In this document: positions 60,251 through 64,000 of the stretch, piece after piece
How positions within the stretch are numbered: position 1 is the stretch's first letter
Layout: each line of letters starts with the position of its first letter
Origin: a bacterium
GTDB lineage: Bacteria; Zhuqueibacterota; Zhuqueibacteria; Residuimicrobiales; Krinioviventaceae
Length of the DNA: 64,000 nt
Assembly (NCBI GenBank): GCA_963675755.2
Contig: CAXXMD010000002.1
Location: forward strand, 128,001-192,000
Direction: 5' to 3'
Position numbers and translations under genes: made by a program
The notes under the pieces: model-generated
Told to the model about the DNA's origin: nothing
Seen by the model: only the letters and a program-made list of their open reading frames with translations
Database searches by the model: none

Positions 60251-63142
60251 ATGCGATGGTTGCAATATCTTTTCATTACTTTAGGGGTACAATTAACACT
60301 CACATTATCTGTCTATTCTGCAGTTATTCAAGGTAAAATAACAGACAAGTCTACGGGAGATCCTTTACCAGGAGCTAATGTACTCATTCAAGGTACTGCA
60401 ATTGGTGCTGCTACGAATATTGAAGGAAAATATTACATCTCCAAGGTCCCGCCTGGTAATTATACGCTGAATGTTACTTTTATAGGTTATAAATCAAGTT
60501 CAAGTAATGTGATTGTAAGTGCCAACAAACCTGCTGTTGTAGATTTTACTTTGGTTTATGATGTAGTTGAAGGGGAAACAGTAACTATTACCGCACAAGC
60601 TGAAGGTCAAATTGCTGCTATTAATCAGCAATTACGTTCAAATACAATTAAAAATGTAGTCTCTTCAGAAAGGATATTGGAATTACCAGATGCTAATGCT
60701 GCAGAATCGGTTGGAAGACTGCCTGGTATTTCTATCAAACGAAGTGGTGGTGAAGGAAATCAAATTGTTATACGTGGATTATCTCCTACTTATAATACGA
60801 TTACCGTTGGGGGAGAAAAAGTACCGGCAACGGATCTGGATACCCGTAGTGTTGATTTGAACATGATCTCTCCGGAAATATTGGATGGAATTGAAGTCAC
60901 AAAGGCGCTTACTCCAGATATGGATGCAGATGCATTTGGAGGTGTTGTAAATTTCAAACTTGCTGAAGCACCATCGGGCTTTCGGTCAAATATGCGGTTT
61001 CAACAAGGTTACAACCAGCAACGAGATGAATTGGGGCAGTATAAAGGTAGTGTTACATTGAGTAACCGTTATATGAATGATAAATTGGGTATAATGATTA
61101 CAGGTAATATGGAAAGAGCACAGCGTGGTTCTGATCAATATGAAGCCAGTTATGGTATTGTTCGTGAAAAGCGTGAAGGCGAAGAATATGCACCTGTATC
61201 AGTAGGGCAGGTTAACCTTATATATGTAGATGAAATTCGTGAACGTTTAGGTTTTAGTCTTCTTTCAGATTATAAGCTAAAGTATGGAAAAATTATGTTT
61301 TCAAATTTCTTTAGCCGTTTAAACCGAGACGAATTTAATATGCAAAATTCTTACAATGATGGTAGCAATTGGCACGAATATAGATCTACTGATCGTCAAC
61401 GTCAAATTGATATTATGACTAATTCATTTTCTGGCGAACACAGTTTGTATTTTGGTACAGTTGACTGGCGTCTTTCACGTACAGCTTCAATGACTCGACA
61501 TCCTTATGATAGCAGATTCCGTTTTCAAGAAAAAAGTGCTTTTGATCAATCAATGTTGCCGATTTATGCAACGGCAGATCAGTTGATTGCCGCTGCAGTA
61601 AATGATCTGGACAAAACATTTTTGTACCAGGGAAATTATTATGAAGAGAAAGCATTTGAACGTGATTATAATGCACAGTTTAATGTCGAAATACCTTATA
61701 TGATAAAAAATAATATTGCTGGAAAATTGAAATTTGGTGCAAAGTATACCAGTAAAAGTAAAATTCGAGATCGTTTGCATGCCAACAAACGGTTGGATAC
61801 AAATAATGAAGCTTTTGTACGTCATCATTCAAAATATGGCGATCCAGACTTTGAATTTCAAAAAATTGCTGGTACACATTTTCCGTCGATTTATAATTAT
61901 ATTGATCCCGATTTTGATGTGGGAAATTTCCTGAGTGGCGATTATGATTTTCCAGTTGGTTTAGACCGTGAAGAGCTGGACTATTTTCTAAGTTCGTACC
62001 TGTTAGATTCAACCTATGTTTTTTCGTCGCTGGCAGACATGGATGATTACGAAACTTCTGAAAATGTTAGTGCTGGTTATATAATGACAGAGATCAATTT
62101 GGGTAGATCATTGATGTTTATGCCTGGTGTGCGTTATGAACATACATTTAATGATATGACAGGACGAAAAGGAAGTATTGCGGAAGAATTTTACGAGCCT
62201 GATCTAAATGATCCTTTTGTTTCTGATACTACTGCAACAAACAAGTATGGACGATGGTTTCCTATGGTTCATGCCCGTTACAAACCGTTCAGTTGGTTTG
62301 ATATTCGAGTTGCATATACTCGAACCCTGTCACGTCCTCGTTTATCCTGGATGTTACCCAAACGTAAAATTCATGGTTCCGCACAGACTGTTGAGTTTGG
62401 TCGTCCGGATTTATTGCCACAAATTGCTACTAATTATGATATCTTTTTATCTTTTTACAGTAATCGTATTGGATTATTCACATTGGGAGGATTTTATAAA
62501 GATATAGATGATCTGATTTTTCAACGTGAGGGGCACAAAATTCTTGATCCTGAAGCCGAAGGCTTTACAAGTGACCTAAAAGGACTATGGCTCGATCGTC
62601 CAGAAAATAATCCATACAAAACTAAAATTCGTGGTCTTGAGATGGAATGGCAAACCAATCTAAATTGGCTTCCTAAACCTTTTAATGGATTTGTTATTAA
62701 TGTAAATTATTCACATATCTGGTCAGAAACACGATTCCCCAGATCTTATGTAGTCTCTGACAAAATTCCTGTCTTTCCATTTGTTGTTACAACGGTTGTT
62801 GATACATTTCGTGTAGGTGATATGCCAGACCAGCCAGATGATATCGCTAATATTGCACTTGGTTATGATAATGGACCCTTTTCAGCACGATTATCCATGT
62901 TGTACCAGGGTAAAACTTTATCAATAGTTGGCGAACGAGAAGAGTTGGATGGTTTTACCGCTGATCTTTTAAGATGGGATTTATCTGTTAAATACCGTTT
63001 AAATCAACAAATTGGCCTTTTTGTTAATTGGACAAATATTAGTAATGAAGCGGATGAATCTTTTATGTTGGATCAAAAATACCTGACTTTGAGAGAATAT
63101 TATGGTTGGACTGTAGATTTAGGTATTGCTTATTCATTATAA
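60251..63142 (+). CDS. TonB-dependent receptor, paralog of 32857-36078 without the STN extension
   Basis: GDPLPGANV, EGQIAAINQQL, ELPDANAAESVGRLPG and TLSRP motifs. The ATG at 60251 follows GGAGG. Confidence 0.95.
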   Translation: MRWLQYLFITLGVQLTLTLSVYSAVIQGKITDKSTGDPLPGANVLIQGTAIGAATNIEGKYYISKVPPGNYTLNVTFIGYKSSSSNVIVSANKPAVVDFTLVYDVVEGETVTITAQAEGQIAAINQQLRSNTIKNVVSSERILELPDANAAESVGRLPGISIKRSGGEGNQIVIRGLSPTYNTITVGGEKVPATDLDTRSVDLNMISPEILDGIEVTKALTPDMDADAFGGVVNFKLAEAPSGFRSNMRFQQGYNQQRDELGQYKGSVTLSNRYMNDKLGIMITGNMERAQRGSDQYEASYGIVREKREGEEYAPVSVGQVNLIYVDEIRERLGFSLLSDYKLKYGKIMFSNFFSRLNRDEFNMQNSYNDGSNWHEYRSTDRQRQIDIMTNSFSGEHSLYFGTVDWRLSRTASMTRHPYDSRFRFQEKSAFDQSMLPIYATADQLIAAAVNDLDKTFLYQGNYYEEKAFERDYNAQFNVEIPYMIKNNIAGKLKFGAKYTSKSKIRDRLHANKRLDTNNEAFVRHHSKYGDPDFEFQKIAGTHFPSIYNYIDPDFDVGNFLSGDYDFPVGLDREELDYFLSSYLLDSTYVFSSLADMDDYETSENVSAGYIMTEINLGRSLMFMPGVRYEHTFNDMTGRKGSIAEEFYEPDLNDPFVSDTTATNKYGRWFPMVHARYKPFSWFDIRVAYTRTLSRPRLSWMLPKRKIHGSAQTVEFGRPDLLPQIATNYDIFLSFYSNRIGLFTLGGFYKDIDDLIFQREGHKILDPEAEGFTSDLKGLWLDRPENNPYKTKIRGLEMEWQTNLNWLPKPFNGFVINVNYSHIWSETRFPRSYVVSDKIPVFPFVVTTVVDTFRVGDMPDQPDDIANIALGYDNGPFSARLSMLYQGKTLSIVGEREELDGFTADLLRWDLSVKYRLNQQIGLFVNWTNISNEADESFMLDQKYLTLREYYGWTVDLGIAYSL

Positions 63143-63216
63143 ACAATTAATGTAATTATCCTGTTAATGAATTTGATTATTATTGGATTTAAGTAATTCA
63201 TTCATTTTAAATCTTT

Positions 63217-63258
63217 TTGACAAGGAGGTGATTGAGTACAAAAGGTTATTACCATTAA
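63217..63258 (+). promoter_or_regulatory. Orphan Shine-Dalgarno / mini-ORF element, copy 2
   Basis: ttgacAAGGAGGtgaTTGAGTACAAAAGGTTATTACCATTAA; the SD ends 70 nt before the ATG at 63299. Confidence 0.5.
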
Positions 63259-63298
63259 TTCTATTAATTCATTAAAAACTTATCATCGGAGGTTTTGT

Positions 63299-64000
63299 AT
63301 GAAAGTTCTATTTACAATTTTGTTATCAACAGCTTTATGTTGTTTATTGGTTATGCCAGCAGTAGCTCAGGATTACTTGGATGTTGAACCGGGTTACGAA
63401 ACATTGAACCTTGCCATTGAAGGTGATACAACCGCAGCAGGTGAACCAGTCAGCCAGAATCGAGTTTATCGGCTACAGCGCGGTGGATATTATCTTTTGA
63501 ATGGTTCTATACAAAACTCGAAAGATATGCCACTGGTAATTGAAGCGGCTGAAGGTGATGGTGCATTACCCATTATTATCCCTGCTGCAGATGAGACCGG
63601 TGCTTCTTCAAGAGCATTTGCTTTACCCGCTGATTGTACTTTGAGGAATTTATATGTTTCCGGTATTGATAATCTGGGAAATCAGGCATCAAAGAACATG
63701 TTCCGTTTGGAAAAAACAGGTGGCCGTTATATTGTTGATGGCTGTTTTTTTGATCACGATGCACAATCATTTGTAAGAATGAATGCTGATGATCAAAAAT
63801 TATATATCTATGACTCTATCTTCCGTAATTCAATACTTCTTGCAGGTCCGGGAAATGGACGTTTTATAGATACACGCGGAAACACAGTTGATACGATGAT
63901 GGTACAAAACTCTACATTTTATATGTGTTCCAGCAGCATGGTAAGAGATGGTGGCGGAATTATTCAAAATGTATTGTTTGATCATGTGACTGTGTATCAG
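63299..64000 (+). CDS. Secreted TBDR-partner protein, homolog of 36181-37749 (partial, runs off the window)
   Basis: Not in the ORF track. Manual translation gives MKVLFTILLSTALCCLLVMPAVAQ...VYRLQRGGYY...AEGDGALPIIIPA...GNGRFIDTRGNTVDTMMVQNSTFY, aligning with YVLKRGGVY...EDGEGALPLVVPA...GNGRLLECRSGSVDTMIVTNSTFY. Confidence 0.88.
   Translation, partial: MKVLFTILLSTALCCLLVMPAVAQDYLDVEPGYETLNLAIEGDTTAAGEPVSQNRVYRLQRGGYYLLNGSIQNSKDMPLVIEAAEGDGALPIIIPAADETGASSRAFALPADCTLRNLYVSGIDNLGNQASKNMFRLEKTGGRYIVDGCFFDHDAQSFVRMNADDQKLYIYDSIFRNSILLAGPGNGRFIDTRGNTVDTMMVQNSTFYMCSSSMVRDGGGIIQNVLFDHVTVYQ

Noticed and set aside
3709-63770. Numerous 60-210 aa ORFs antisense to or nested within long genes (e.g. 5866-6471, 43543-44154, 51329-51952, 53641-54273)
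   Set aside because: They overlap well-supported genes and have no recognisable motifs; they are shadow ORFs.
1-64000. CRISPR arrays, cas genes, rRNA, transposases, phage or defence genes
   Set aside because: None were recognised by eye in the ORF track or the intergenic regions.

Overview
AT-rich bacterial DNA. The lineage is inferred to be an FCB-type diderm outside Bacteroidota (KSB1/Calditrichota-like), because genes use Shine-Dalgarno sites, several secreted proteins end in a 'NYPNPFN...KKM.L.K' sorting-type domain, and the TonB receptors are non-SusC with no SusD. Left to right: (1) hydrogenase maturation genes hypF (partial)/hypB/hypA; (2) a ~15 kb respiratory operon with ctaB, alternative complex III (actA-F), an A2-type caa3 oxidase and assembly factors; (3) miscellaneous genes, including an Omp85-type barrel gene coupled to a signal-peptide-bearing protein with a full set of kinase-like motifs, and a catalytically degenerate sigma54-activator-like regulator facing an aldolase/propeller/ceramidase-like operon; (4) a tRNA(CAT) whose 3' 44 bp recur ~28.8 kb downstream, bounding an integrase-less island that carries a complete SusCD-free glycan-utilisation locus (ECF/FecR/TBDR, two PL6 lyases, NRAMP-like transporters lacking the metal motif, a signal-peptide-bearing NagA, NagB, esterases, an epimerase and a DapA-like lyase); (5) a second, paralogous TBDR + beta-helix partner pair. 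Both TBDR-partner spacers contain the same orphan AAGGAGG-N4-TGAG element ~70 nt upstream of the partner start. All calls come from motif recognition by eye; no database searches were run.
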